Positions 1 to 9,259 of a DNA stretch of 64,000 nt are shown here, in pieces. The stretch's first letter is position 1; every line of letters starts with the position of its first letter. A program made the position numbers and the translations under genes. Under the pieces are notes generated by a model. The model did not search any database, was not told where the DNA came from, and saw only the letters and a list, made by a program, of their open reading frames with translations. Source of the DNA: Verrucomicrobiota bacterium (GTDB lineage Bacteria; Verrucomicrobiota; Verrucomicrobiia; Opitutales; Seribacteraceae); assembly GCA_027622665.1 (NCBI GenBank), contig JAQBYT010000004.1, positions 64,001 to 128,000 of the forward strand, given 5' to 3'.

Positions 1-513
1 TGGCAAAGCCATTTGGAAAACGGAAGAAAACGCAATCACGGCGAATGGATGCCGGCCAATGGGGCGGAGCCGGCTCACCTGAATACCGTGCCTTATACCT
101 TGCCCGCCAAGGACGACCGTAAGCAAAGAACCATCCACACCTTGAGCATGCCGGTTTCTCAAGGCGACCACCCCCCGGTTATCTTGCAACCTGAAACCAA
201 AATTCGCGTTCGAGGCAAGATCGCTTCGAGTCATCCCATTTGGTTTGGTATGACGCTAAGTCGTCAAAACGGCGATTTCGCCGGCCGCTTTCAGATCCGT
301 CGATCCGCCGAAGAATTCCAGAGTGGGGAACCGTTCGAGGTCGTCCTGAACCTAAGTGACTATGAACTGGATCCCTCCCTTGCCCAATGGGCGGACTCTT
401 TGCCTAAGACACCCTACGGATTGATCGTCAAGGGCGTTTGGTGCCACACGCTCTGGGATCCGGCAGGCTTGCAGGTTTCCGAAATGGCACTGATGACCCC
501 TACCGATAAATGA
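1..513 (+). CDS. 5'-partial hypothetical protein, possibly the C-terminal part of a PVC FecR-like protein
   Basis: Frame 1 is open from the window edge (WQSHLENG...) to TGA at 513, with an ATGA overlap into the next gene. The FecR guess is weak recollection only. Confidence 0.45.
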   Translation, partial: WQSHLENGRKRNHGEWMPANGAEPAHLNTVPYTLPAKDDRKQRTIHTLSMPVSQGDHPPVILQPETKIRVRGKIASSHPIWFGMTLSRQNGDFAGRFQIRRSAEEFQSGEPFEVVLNLSDYELDPSLAQWADSLPKTPYGLIVKGVWCHTLWDPAGLQVSEMALMTPTDK

Positions 514-1205
514 AGAGACATCCGGACACTTCCCCGAAAACAGGGAGCAAAAACGCGTTGTTATTTGCTGTCTTTCTGGGCTTCGTTGCGGTAGCGACGC
601 CTGATGGCTTTGGGCAAGCCAATTCCAAGCCAACCAGCATCGAGGAGAAGACGAAGATTCATCGCCTGGCGACAACCAAGCGGGCGGTATATGATGCCTT
701 CACATACCTGAACCGCATACCGGAAAAAGCGGAGGAAGGTGAGGAGATACTCGATTTCACTGCACGCGTATACAGTCGACTCGCTAATCAGGAAGGGCGT
801 ATCCTCATCAAGCTACCACCGGGCATGAACCGCGAAGCCTACCTCGGTTACAAGACCTTCCTTAGCACCGACGCCAAGGTGAGCAACGGCAATTGCGTCG
901 CCTGTCACGCACCTGAAAAATTCACCGACCTGAAGACACACGTGTTGAGTGGAGGCGCTAAAGCCCTGCCTACCCCTTCCCTGCGCAACATGAACAATCG
1001 CAATGTCCATATCCCCAAAGTGCTGCGTGCCAAACTCGCTGCGGCCAAGGAGCCCGGCGCATCGAAGGATTATCAGTTGATTAAGCTGAACAAGTCCGAC
1101 CTCACACATCTCGAGGCGTTCCTCAAGCAGCTTAATGACGTGGACGACATAAATTTTCGGGAACTTATTCTTAAAGCCAAGGTTTTGGATCCCTCAGGAA
1201 ATTAA
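510..1205 (+). CDS. Exported mono-haem c protein resembling one haem domain of cytochrome c peroxidase/MauG
   Basis: N-terminal hydrophobic signal; GNCVACH-x4-FTD-x3-H and PTPSLRN motifs typical of CCP/MauG domains. Confidence 0.7.
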   Translation: MKRHPDTSPKTGSKNALLFAVFLGFVAVATPDGFGQANSKPTSIEEKTKIHRLATTKRAVYDAFTYLNRIPEKAEEGEEILDFTARVYSRLANQEGRILIKLPPGMNREAYLGYKTFLSTDAKVSNGNCVACHAPEKFTDLKTHVLSGGAKALPTPSLRNMNNRNVHIPKVLRAKLAAAKEPGASKDYQLIKLNKSDLTHLEAFLKQLNDVDDINFRELILKAKVLDPSGN

Positions 1206-1206
1206 T

Positions 1207-3144
1207 ATGAAACAAAAAATAACGCTCACTATCTTAGCTTTCGCGTTGTCGGTTTCGCTGGCGGACGCTAACGAGATTCGCGGCAAGACCACAAAAGATG
1301 GCAAAGGCGTTGGCGGTGTGTTCGTTTCCGCTCACGATACGGAAAACCGCAAGGCCTCGGGCGTATTTACCGCCTCCGACGGTACCTATGTCATCGATGG
1401 TCTGCGCGAAAAGGATTATCGGGTACGCGCACGGCAAAAAGGCCTGAACGACGTTTGGCTCGACGAGATCACCGCCGGTTCCAAAGGCATCGAAATCAAG
1501 ATGACGAACGCCACCGGATGGAAACTTGAACGCCAGCGTACGGCCGATAGTGCCTTTGGTATGCTCAAATTTGATGATGTCCGCGACAAGCTGAACTTCA
1601 AAATGTTCTGTGCCTACTGTCACCAGATCGGCACGGTTGGCTTCCGTACCCCGGAAGAACCGGTGGACTGGGAAACCATGATCCGGCGAATGGATGGGTT
1701 CGGCGGCCTCTATTCGCATACCAAGCGCACAATCGTAAAGCGCATCATGGACTCTTACACAGGGGAGGCCGTCGACAATTGGCTGAAGTATGTGCCTCCA
1801 CCCCCTCCTGCTGGAGCAGCCACCAAGGCGAAGATCACCTGGTGGGAGATGGGCAAACGCTACGAGTCGCAGTACCATGACATCGATCTCACTCCGGATG
1901 GTCGATTGATCTATGCGGTAAATATAACAAAGAATTATATTGTGACCGTGGATACCAAAACCGACAAACAGGTTTACAAAAAATTCCCCCGTGGCTCTTA
2001 CGGAGCACATTCCATTGAGCCGGACAACGACGGCCACATGTGGGTTACAATGTGTGCCTCAGGCCAGATGGCAAAGTACGACATCCATAATAAAGAGATT
2101 GAGGTATACAGTAGTGCCGAGGCTCCTGCGAAACGGGGCGGATACCCGCACACCTTACGGATCAACCCGAAGGATCCCGAGGGACTCATCTGGTACACGG
2201 ATGCCGGACGCAACTCGGTATTTTCCTTGCACCCGAAAACCAAGCTCGTGAAGGAATACCATCTCTTAAGCGCAAACCAAGCCGTCGCCGCAGGGAAAGG
2301 AGAGAGTAAAGGTATCACGCCCTATGGCATCGATTTCTCTCCGGTCGACGGCATGATCTGGTACAGCAAACTCAACGGCAACCGCATCGGACGTATTGAC
2401 CCGAGCAAGCTCGACGGCGACGTCAAGGAATGGAATCCCCCTTTCCGTGGTCCAAGGCGACTGCACGTTGCCCCGGACGGAATAATTTGGGTCCCTGGTT
2501 TTGGCTCGGGTGTATTTGGGAAGTTCGATCCCGATACCGAGAAATGGCTTGTGTACGACCTGCCGAACAAGGACAACCAAATCCCCTACGCCCTCAACGT
2601 TGCCCCTAATGGGCATGTGTGGATCTGTGGGACCGGCAACGACACCATTCATCGATTCAATCCAAAGACTGAGATGCTCGTAACGTATCCTTTGCCCAAC
2701 AGGGTAAGCTACACGCGAGAGATCGAGTTCGACACTGATGGCAACGTATGGACTCCAACAAGCGGGCCCTCCCGTCATATGGAGACCGGCTATGGCGCCA
2801 TCATCAAGATTGAGCCCAACGACCTGAGTGACTCAGGTGGCATCAAGCTCAAGGGTTATATGCCTGACCGCAGCAAGCTCACCTACGAGCAACCCCGTAG
2901 GATTAACTACAATGGTTCCAACGCCAAGTTACTTACCCGGATTGCCAAAATTCAACTCCCACAAGCCTACCTCAACGGCAAACACCAGCCATACGTCGAT
3001 GCACGAATGAAGAATTTAACCAACCAACAAAAACACCGCATCCATATTCTATGGCAGGAACTGCGTAAGTCTGACCCGGACATGCCCAATGCCGGTCAAT
3101 CCTTTGTGCGGATCATGGAGTACGTGTTCAATAACGTTAAATAA
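1207..3144 (+). CDS. Exported protein: carboxypeptidase-regulatory-like domain + CxxCH cytochrome c + Vgb-like beta-propeller + unrecognised C-terminal domain
   Basis: Signal peptide; G-x-Y-x-I-x-GL-x4-Y-x-V-RA transthyretin-like motif; CAYCH; repeated 'DG-x-(I/V)W' propeller blades. Confidence 0.8.
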   Translation: MKQKITLTILAFALSVSLADANEIRGKTTKDGKGVGGVFVSAHDTENRKASGVFTASDGTYVIDGLREKDYRVRARQKGLNDVWLDEITAGSKGIEIKMTNATGWKLERQRTADSAFGMLKFDDVRDKLNFKMFCAYCHQIGTVGFRTPEEPVDWETMIRRMDGFGGLYSHTKRTIVKRIMDSYTGEAVDNWLKYVPPPPPAGAATKAKITWWEMGKRYESQYHDIDLTPDGRLIYAVNITKNYIVTVDTKTDKQVYKKFPRGSYGAHSIEPDNDGHMWVTMCASGQMAKYDIHNKEIEVYSSAEAPAKRGGYPHTLRINPKDPEGLIWYTDAGRNSVFSLHPKTKLVKEYHLLSANQAVAAGKGESKGITPYGIDFSPVDGMIWYSKLNGNRIGRIDPSKLDGDVKEWNPPFRGPRRLHVAPDGIIWVPGFGSGVFGKFDPDTEKWLVYDLPNKDNQIPYALNVAPNGHVWICGTGNDTIHRFNPKTEMLVTYPLPNRVSYTREIEFDTDGNVWTPTSGPSRHMETGYGAIIKIEPNDLSDSGGIKLKGYMPDRSKLTYEQPRRINYNGSNAKLLTRIAKIQLPQAYLNGKHQPYVDARMKNLTNQQKHRIHILWQELRKSDPDMPNAGQSFVRIMEYVFNNVK

Positions 3145-3146
3145 TC

Positions 3147-3851
3147 ATGAAGATCCTTGCTTTGTTACTCCTTTCGACCGCGTCTGCAATGGCCGCGGAG
3201 GTTTCCGGCGTCATCAAGCTTGACGGCCCACAACCCAAGCGTCCGCCGCTACAGCTTACCCCCGAAAGCCGCAAGCTCTACGAGGGGCTTCCCTACCCAC
3301 AAGACGAAGTGGAACTGGTTAATGCCAAGAGTGAAATCCAGAACGTCTTTGTCTATATCCGCAAAGGTCTGCCCGCTGGTAAGACCTACCCTGCGCCGAA
3401 AAAGGCGGCCTTGCTCGACCAGCAACGGTCCATGTTCCGTCCGCGCATTCAAGGCCTGTTCGTCGGTCAGGAATTCACAATGCGCAACAGTGATCCCATC
3501 ATCCATAACGTGCGCTCTCTTTCGCAGGAAAACCGGCCCTTCAACGTTGCTCAACCAGCCGGCACGCCCGACCGCTTAAAGCGGTTCAGCGACAAGGAAG
3601 GTCCCATCGAGTTGCGCTGTGACTACCACCGTTGGATGCGGGCGTTTGTTTTCGTAATGGAGCATCCCTTCTTCGGAGTCACCGATGCGCAAGGCCGATT
3701 TACCATCAAGAATCTCCCACCCGGCGAATACGTTTTGGCCACTTGGCATGAGTCATTTGGTGAAAACAAGCAAACCATCCAAGTTGCCGTTGACGGATTA
3801 AAGAAGGTAAACTTCACTTACAAACCGAAGAAAGGATTGAATTTCGAGTGA
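3147..3851 (+). CDS. Exported cupredoxin-like + carboxypeptidase-regulatory-like protein
   Basis: NSDPIIHNV and C-D-Y-H-x-W-M (type-1 copper-like ligand set), then HPFFGVTD-x2-GRFTIKNLPPGEY. Confidence 0.75.
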   Translation: MKILALLLLSTASAMAAEVSGVIKLDGPQPKRPPLQLTPESRKLYEGLPYPQDEVELVNAKSEIQNVFVYIRKGLPAGKTYPAPKKAALLDQQRSMFRPRIQGLFVGQEFTMRNSDPIIHNVRSLSQENRPFNVAQPAGTPDRLKRFSDKEGPIELRCDYHRWMRAFVFVMEHPFFGVTDAQGRFTIKNLPPGEYVLATWHESFGENKQTIQVAVDGLKKVNFTYKPKKGLNFE

Positions 3852-5860
3852 GAAGCCTCTGCCTAATACTGCTTGCGTTGCTGAACGTTTCCTTGGTCGC
3901 CGCACCGAGGGAAATAGGTAATCCGTCCTTTCTCAGCCCGCATGCCCGGCCTATCGTTGCGCACGGGGATTACGTTTTCGTGGCCAACACTCCCTCGGAC
4001 ACCGTCGACGTCATCGACGCGAAATCGCGCAAAATCATCCACCGCATCGACGTGGGCATCGATCCTGTCAGCCTGGCCGTTCGTCCCGATGGCCGTGAAC
4101 TGTGGGTGGCCAATCACGTTTCCGATTCGGTCAGCGTGATTGACCTCGATCAGTCGAAAAAAACCTTCATGCACGTCGTCGCCACCGTTCAAGATATCAA
4201 CCCAAAGACCAAGGCCACCCGCTTCGACGAACCCATTGGGATTGCCTTTGCCAACGACAGGAAGGCTTACGTCGCCCTGTCCTCAGAGAACAAAATCGCG
4301 GTGGTGGACGTCGCTAGCCGAAAAGTGACCAAGGGCTTGCCGGTCCGGGCTCAGGACCCCCGGGCCATCATGGTGCGCAACGGCAAACTGTACGTCCTTC
4401 CTTTCGAGTCCAACAACAAGACCCAGTTGTCCGGCGGATACAAGATCGATGGCAAGCTCGTTACCTTCAACGCCCATGAGCATTCCATTGCCAATAACAA
4501 CGTTTTGTCCTTGGGTCACGTGACCGATATCGTGAAGCACCCGCGCGTTCCCGACCGGGACTTGTTCGTATTCGACGTGAAGACCGACAACCTCATTCAG
4601 ACCGTCGATACCCTCGGCACCTTGCTTTACGGCATGACTGTGGATTCCAAGGGTACGGTCTTCGTTGCCCAGACCGATGCCAGGAACGACGTCAACGGTC
4701 GGGCAGGGACCAAAAAGCACGGTCTCAAGGAACTGGGCAACCGGGCTTTTCTCAACCAAGTCACCAAGGTTCGCTTTGAGGGAGGCAAGGCCCGCAAGCC
4801 CGAGTTTCTCGATCTGGAGCCTTTGCCCCCGCAAAACCCGGCGGATGGGATGGCCTTGGCCACACCTTTCGCCATAGAGGTGAGCGGGGACGATTCCACA
4901 CTCTTCGTTTCGGCGGCGGGTTCGGACAAGGTTTTCTCGATGGATGCGGTTAGCGGTAAAGTAATTGGACGGGTCAAGGTCGGGGCGGTTCCCCGTGGGA
5001 TCGCCCTTTCGCCCGCTCATGGTGGTAAGCCCAAGCGGGCCTGGGTCCTCAATGCGGTGGAGAACTCGGTTTCCGTTCTCGACGTCTCCAATCCCAGAAG
5101 CCTCCGAGTGGTCCGGACGATTCCCCTTGAAGATCACTCCCATCCCGAGTTCAAGGCCGGGCGGATTGCTTTCAATCGGGCCGATGCTTCATCGACCAAG
5201 ACTTTTTCCTGCGCCAGTTGTCACCCGGACGGGCATACCGATCAATTGCTCTGGGTCTTGAAGACTCCGATTGTTTCGGGGGGCAACCAGATCATGCCCC
5301 GTTCCACCATGCCGGTGCGCGGCCTGCGCGACACTGCTCCTTTTCACTGGGACGGCATCCCGGGCGATCCCTACGGAGGCACCAACAGCGCCAGCGTACG
5401 CAAGGCGGTCAAGCCAAACAGCGATCCGAACGACCCGACCAGCGCTCCTCGCCACTTGGTGGACGCGGGTTTGGCCTCGACCATGAAGCTGGTGGGGGAC
5501 GACTCGACAAACGACGAGGGGAAAGCGGGCTTGATGACCTCCGCGGAACGGGACTCCCTGTCCAAGTTCCTGCTCGGAGTGACTTACCCACCTGCTCAAC
5601 GCCGAGCCTATGAGAATGAGCTGAGTCAAGAAGCGGAAGCAAATCGTCCTACCTCACCATCAGGTCGACTATGTCCGTCAGGTTTCGTGGCACAAATCCC
5701 CATACGGCGAGTTGCTCAAGAAGATCGACGCCATGCCGGCGCCGAAAGGCATCCCGGTCAACAAGACGCTCGACAAGCACTTCAAGAAGCGAATGGCGAG
5801 CTTCACCGAAAAGCAGCGAGGCCGGTTCAATACCTTGCGCCAAGGAATGGATCGCGTTGA
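3848..5860 (+). CDS. YVTN/YncE-type beta-propeller + cytochrome c (CASCH) protein; appears truncated near 5638 with an out-of-frame tail
   Basis: VAN-x2-SD-(T/S)V-x-VID blades, SCASCHPDGH and PFHWDG. After ...ELSQEAE the translation stops looking protein-like while another frame becomes coding. Confidence 0.75.
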   Translation: MRSLCLILLALLNVSLVAAPREIGNPSFLSPHARPIVAHGDYVFVANTPSDTVDVIDAKSRKIIHRIDVGIDPVSLAVRPDGRELWVANHVSDSVSVIDLDQSKKTFMHVVATVQDINPKTKATRFDEPIGIAFANDRKAYVALSSENKIAVVDVASRKVTKGLPVRAQDPRAIMVRNGKLYVLPFESNNKTQLSGGYKIDGKLVTFNAHEHSIANNNVLSLGHVTDIVKHPRVPDRDLFVFDVKTDNLIQTVDTLGTLLYGMTVDSKGTVFVAQTDARNDVNGRAGTKKHGLKELGNRAFLNQVTKVRFEGGKARKPEFLDLEPLPPQNPADGMALATPFAIEVSGDDSTLFVSAAGSDKVFSMDAVSGKVIGRVKVGAVPRGIALSPAHGGKPKRAWVLNAVENSVSVLDVSNPRSLRVVRTIPLEDHSHPEFKAGRIAFNRADASSTKTFSCASCHPDGHTDQLLWVLKTPIVSGGNQIMPRSTMPVRGLRDTAPFHWDGIPGDPYGGTNSASVRKAVKPNSDPNDPTSAPRHLVDAGLASTMKLVGDDSTNDEGKAGLMTSAERDSLSKFLLGVTYPPAQRRAYENELSQEAEANRPTSPSGRLCPSGFVAQIPIRRVAQEDRRHAGAERHPGQQDARQALQEANGELHRKAARPVQYLAPRNGSR

Positions 5861-5930
5861 TCCCAACATGGAAAATCGCGGGCTTTCGTACCTCAAGATT
5901 CTCGAATACATCCATCATAATGAGAAGTAG
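5625..5930 (+). pseudogene. Orphan 3' end of a second gene carrying the shared ~70-aa domain
   Basis: The frame of ORF 5712-5930 is open back to TGA at 5622-5624 and reads ..KQIVLPHHQVDYVRQVSWHKSPYGELLKKID...DPNMENRGLSYLKILEYI, which aligns with the tail of 1207-3144. Confidence 0.6.
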
Positions 5931-5959
5931 ATGGAGTGAATGCTGACTGAATAAATAAC

Positions 5960-8900
5960 GTGAAACCCATCCCCGCATTTTTATGCTCCCTGTTGCTACT
6001 TTGCCAAGGCTTTGCCAAGGACAAACAGCCCAATGTCGTCACTCTACTCGTCGACGACCTCGGCTACCGCGACCTCGGCTGTTACGGTGGTCCCGTCAAG
6101 ACCCCGGTCCTCGACAAGTTGGCTGCAGGGGGTGTGCGCTTCACCGATTTTCACTCGGGAGCGCCTTCCTGTTCCCCCTCGCGCGCCACCTTTCTCACGG
6201 GCCGCAACCATCGTCGCACCGGAGTCTACTCCGTCATCACCGAACGCCTTCACAAGATGCATCTCTCGAAGAGCGAAACGACCATCGCGGAGGTGCTCAA
6301 GGAAAACGGCTACGGCACCGCCCACTTCGGCAAGTGGCACCTAGGCATGCCCGTCCAAAATCGCAAGAATCCCACCCCCGGCGATCATGGCTTCGACTAC
6401 TGGTTCGGCCTCGTCAATGGCCCGGGCCCTAGCCACAAGAACCCGACCCAGTTTCTGCGCAATGGTAAACGCGTGGGACAGATGAAAGGCTACTCCTGCC
6501 AAATCGTCGTCGATGAGGCCCTTACCTGGCTCGATGAAAAGCGCGACGACGACGAGCCCTTCTTTCTCAATCTCTGGTTCAACGAACCCCACGCCCCGAT
6601 CGCGGCGCCCGACGAGATCGTCTCCCAGTATGGCGCGCTCAACGATCAAGCCGCGATCTACAGCGGCACCATCGACAACACGGATCGGGCGATTGGGCGA
6701 CTCGTCGCCAAGCTCGAGCAACTCGGCGAGCTCGACAACACCATTATTCACTACTCCTCCGACAACGGCAGTTACCGTCAGGAGCGCAGCGGAGAACTGC
6801 GTGGCCAGAAAGGGTCGCTCTTCGAAGGCGGGCACCGCGTTCCCGGGATCATTTGCTGGAAAGGCGGAATCCCCGGCGGTCGCGTCGAGGACGAGCCTGC
6901 AGGAGCGGTCGACCTACTCCCGACCCTCTGCGGATTGATCGGTATCGAAAAACCCGCGAAGGTCCATCTCGACGGCTCCGACCTCGCTCCTCTGCTCACC
7001 AAGTCAGGCAACTTCGAGAGGCATCAGCCCCTCTTCTGGATGAGTGAGGGACCCATGGTCATGAGAGTGGGGGATCACACTCTTTTTGCATCCGTCACTG
7101 CGAAATCGTCGATCGACTTTAAAGTCGCCGATCGACTCACGGAGCAAATCAAGGAAGTCCTCGGCGATGATCTCGAGAAAGTGCTGGACGGAATGGATGT
7201 TAAGGATCTTCGCTCCCGCCTATTTAATCACGGGAGATTAGCCAATCCCGAGGCCGACCGACTGCGGAACCAACTTCGGGACTTGTACTACTTCAACGAA
7301 GCGTGGATCCCCGAACTCAAAAAGAGCGGGATCGGCCGTGTTCAACTGTATGACCTATCGAAGGATCTCGGTCAGCAAAACGACATTGCGAAAGAGCGCC
7401 CCGAACTCGTCGCCCGACTGAAAAAGCAGGCCGCTGCCATTCACAGAAGTGTCATGGCCGAAGCTCCGGAATGGCTCACCCCTGAAGAACAGGCCGCCGC
7501 GAAGAAGCCTCAAGCAGATTCACCTGATCGGCCCGCCACCGGAGCACCCGAGACCGATACCGCGAAGCTCCTCGCCCGCATCGACAAGAATGACATTCCC
7601 AAGGTCTACCACGGAAGCCGCCACCAGGCCTACGTCGACAAGGTCATGGCCGGAATCAAACCCGAACAGCGTGCCCGGGTCGGCCAACTCTGGAAAGAAA
7701 AGCGCCGCCTCGATTCTGACATGTCCAACCCGGGAGCCTCTTTCGTCAGGATTCTCACCTACGTCGCCGGAGAGGCAGGAAAAAGCAAATCGCCCAATGT
7801 TGTTTTCTTGCTTGCCGATGACCTGGGCTGGAAGGATATCGGCTGCTATGGCGGCCCGGTGAAGACGCCCGCACTCGATACACTCGCCGCCAAGGGGATG
7901 CGCTTTACTGATTTCCATTCGGGTGCGGCGGTCTGTTCGACTTCTCGAGCCACAATCCTGACCGGACGGCATCACATTCGTGCGGGCCTGTACAGCTGGA
8001 TCATGAATCACATCCAGCATTCGCATCTACTCGAACGCGAGATCACGCTCGCCGAAATGCTCAAAGCCCACGGCTACACCACTGCACACATGGGCAAATG
8101 GCACCTTGGTACGTCCTCAGGTAAATTGAAAAAACCGACCCTCAACGATCACGGGTTTGATTACTGGTTCGCAACTGCCAATAACGCAAACCCAAGCCAC
8201 CTCAATCCAGTCAACTTTGTTCGCAATGGCAAACGCCTTGGCCAGCTCAAAGGCTACTCCTGTCAACTCGTGGTCGATGAAGCCATTCATTGGCTGGAAA
8301 AGGAACGCGACCCAAAAAAGCCATTCTTCCTGAACCTGTGGTTCCACGAACCGCATGCGCCAATTGCCGCACCGGACGAACTCGTGAAGCCCTATGGCCC
8401 ACTCAAGAATCCCAGCGCTATCTATTCGGGCACCATCGATAAGACCGACCGCGCCATCGCGCGACTCCTCAAGAAGCTGCACGCCATCGACAAGCCTGAG
8501 AACACCATCATCATTTATTCCTCAGACAACGGCAGTTACCGCCACGATCGCGTGGGTCATTTGCGCGGCATCAAGGGCAGTAACTATGAGGGAGGCATCC
8601 GTGTGCCGGGCATTTTTTATTGGCCCGGTCACATCCCTTCCGGACGAACCGAGGATGAACCTTCGGGTCTGGTGGATTTACTCCCCACAATCTGTGGATT
8701 GGTGGGCATCAATAAACCTGAGGGTGTACACTTGGATGGAGCCGATCTCTCACCACTGTTGACTGGAAAAGGCAAGTTCAAGCGGAAGCAACACATGGCC
8801 TGGATTAGCCCACTCTCCGGACCCGCGCTGGCCATTCGTGATGGTGATTGGAGCTTATGCGCTCACGTAGCCTATGAGTTTCCCAAGGACAAAAAAAAGA

Positions 8901-9259
8901 TGGCTCAGCTTTATAAGGAAATTGAGGCCACCCTACGCCGCAATGGCACTTATGAAGACGAATTACGGGGAGAAACACTGGCCAGTCAAATTCATGAGGG
9001 TTTTAAGGATAAGGAAGCAGAAAAACTACGCGGGCAGTATATTCAACTCAACATGTTCAATGAAAACTGGATTCCTGCCATAAAAAACGGCCACTACCAC
9101 CGGTTCGAATTATACAACCTTGCCAAGGACCCTTCGCAGAAGAAAAACATAGCTAAAGCCCATCCGGAAGTTTTTAACCGTTTAAAACATGAGCTACTCA
9201 AGATCAACGCCAGCGTCATGGCCGATGGCCCGGACTGGCACCTAAAAGAAAACCCATGA
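5960..9259 (+). CDS. Exported double (tandem) formylglycine-type sulfatase
   Basis: Two complete S1 sulfatase domains: PNVV..DDLG, CSPSR / CSTSR, GKWHLG, SSDNG, (Q/E)LY(D/N)L. Confidence 0.93.
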   Translation: MKPIPAFLCSLLLLCQGFAKDKQPNVVTLLVDDLGYRDLGCYGGPVKTPVLDKLAAGGVRFTDFHSGAPSCSPSRATFLTGRNHRRTGVYSVITERLHKMHLSKSETTIAEVLKENGYGTAHFGKWHLGMPVQNRKNPTPGDHGFDYWFGLVNGPGPSHKNPTQFLRNGKRVGQMKGYSCQIVVDEALTWLDEKRDDDEPFFLNLWFNEPHAPIAAPDEIVSQYGALNDQAAIYSGTIDNTDRAIGRLVAKLEQLGELDNTIIHYSSDNGSYRQERSGELRGQKGSLFEGGHRVPGIICWKGGIPGGRVEDEPAGAVDLLPTLCGLIGIEKPAKVHLDGSDLAPLLTKSGNFERHQPLFWMSEGPMVMRVGDHTLFASVTAKSSIDFKVADRLTEQIKEVLGDDLEKVLDGMDVKDLRSRLFNHGRLANPEADRLRNQLRDLYYFNEAWIPELKKSGIGRVQLYDLSKDLGQQNDIAKERPELVARLKKQAAAIHRSVMAEAPEWLTPEEQAAAKKPQADSPDRPATGAPETDTAKLLARIDKNDIPKVYHGSRHQAYVDKVMAGIKPEQRARVGQLWKEKRRLDSDMSNPGASFVRILTYVAGEAGKSKSPNVVFLLADDLGWKDIGCYGGPVKTPALDTLAAKGMRFTDFHSGAAVCSTSRATILTGRHHIRAGLYSWIMNHIQHSHLLEREITLAEMLKAHGYTTAHMGKWHLGTSSGKLKKPTLNDHGFDYWFATANNANPSHLNPVNFVRNGKRLGQLKGYSCQLVVDEAIHWLEKERDPKKPFFLNLWFHEPHAPIAAPDELVKPYGPLKNPSAIYSGTIDKTDRAIARLLKKLHAIDKPENTIIIYSSDNGSYRHDRVGHLRGIKGSNYEGGIRVPGIFYWPGHIPSGRTEDEPSGLVDLLPTICGLVGINKPEGVHLDGADLSPLLTGKGKFKRKQHMAWISPLSGPALAIRDGDWSLCAHVAYEFPKDKKKMAQLYKEIEATLRRNGTYEDELRGETLASQIHEGFKDKEAEKLRGQYIQLNMFNENWIPAIKNGHYHRFELYNLAKDPSQKKNIAKAHPEVFNRLKHELLKINASVMADGPDWHLKENP

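Noticed and set aside
1207..3144. Virginiamycin B lyase antibiotic-resistance gene
   Set aside because: Only the propeller fold resembles Vgb. The protein is exported and fused to a cytochrome c and other domains.
5638..5860. C-terminal 74 aa of ORF 3848-5860 as a real domain
   Set aside because: It is out-of-frame read-through over another gene's tail.
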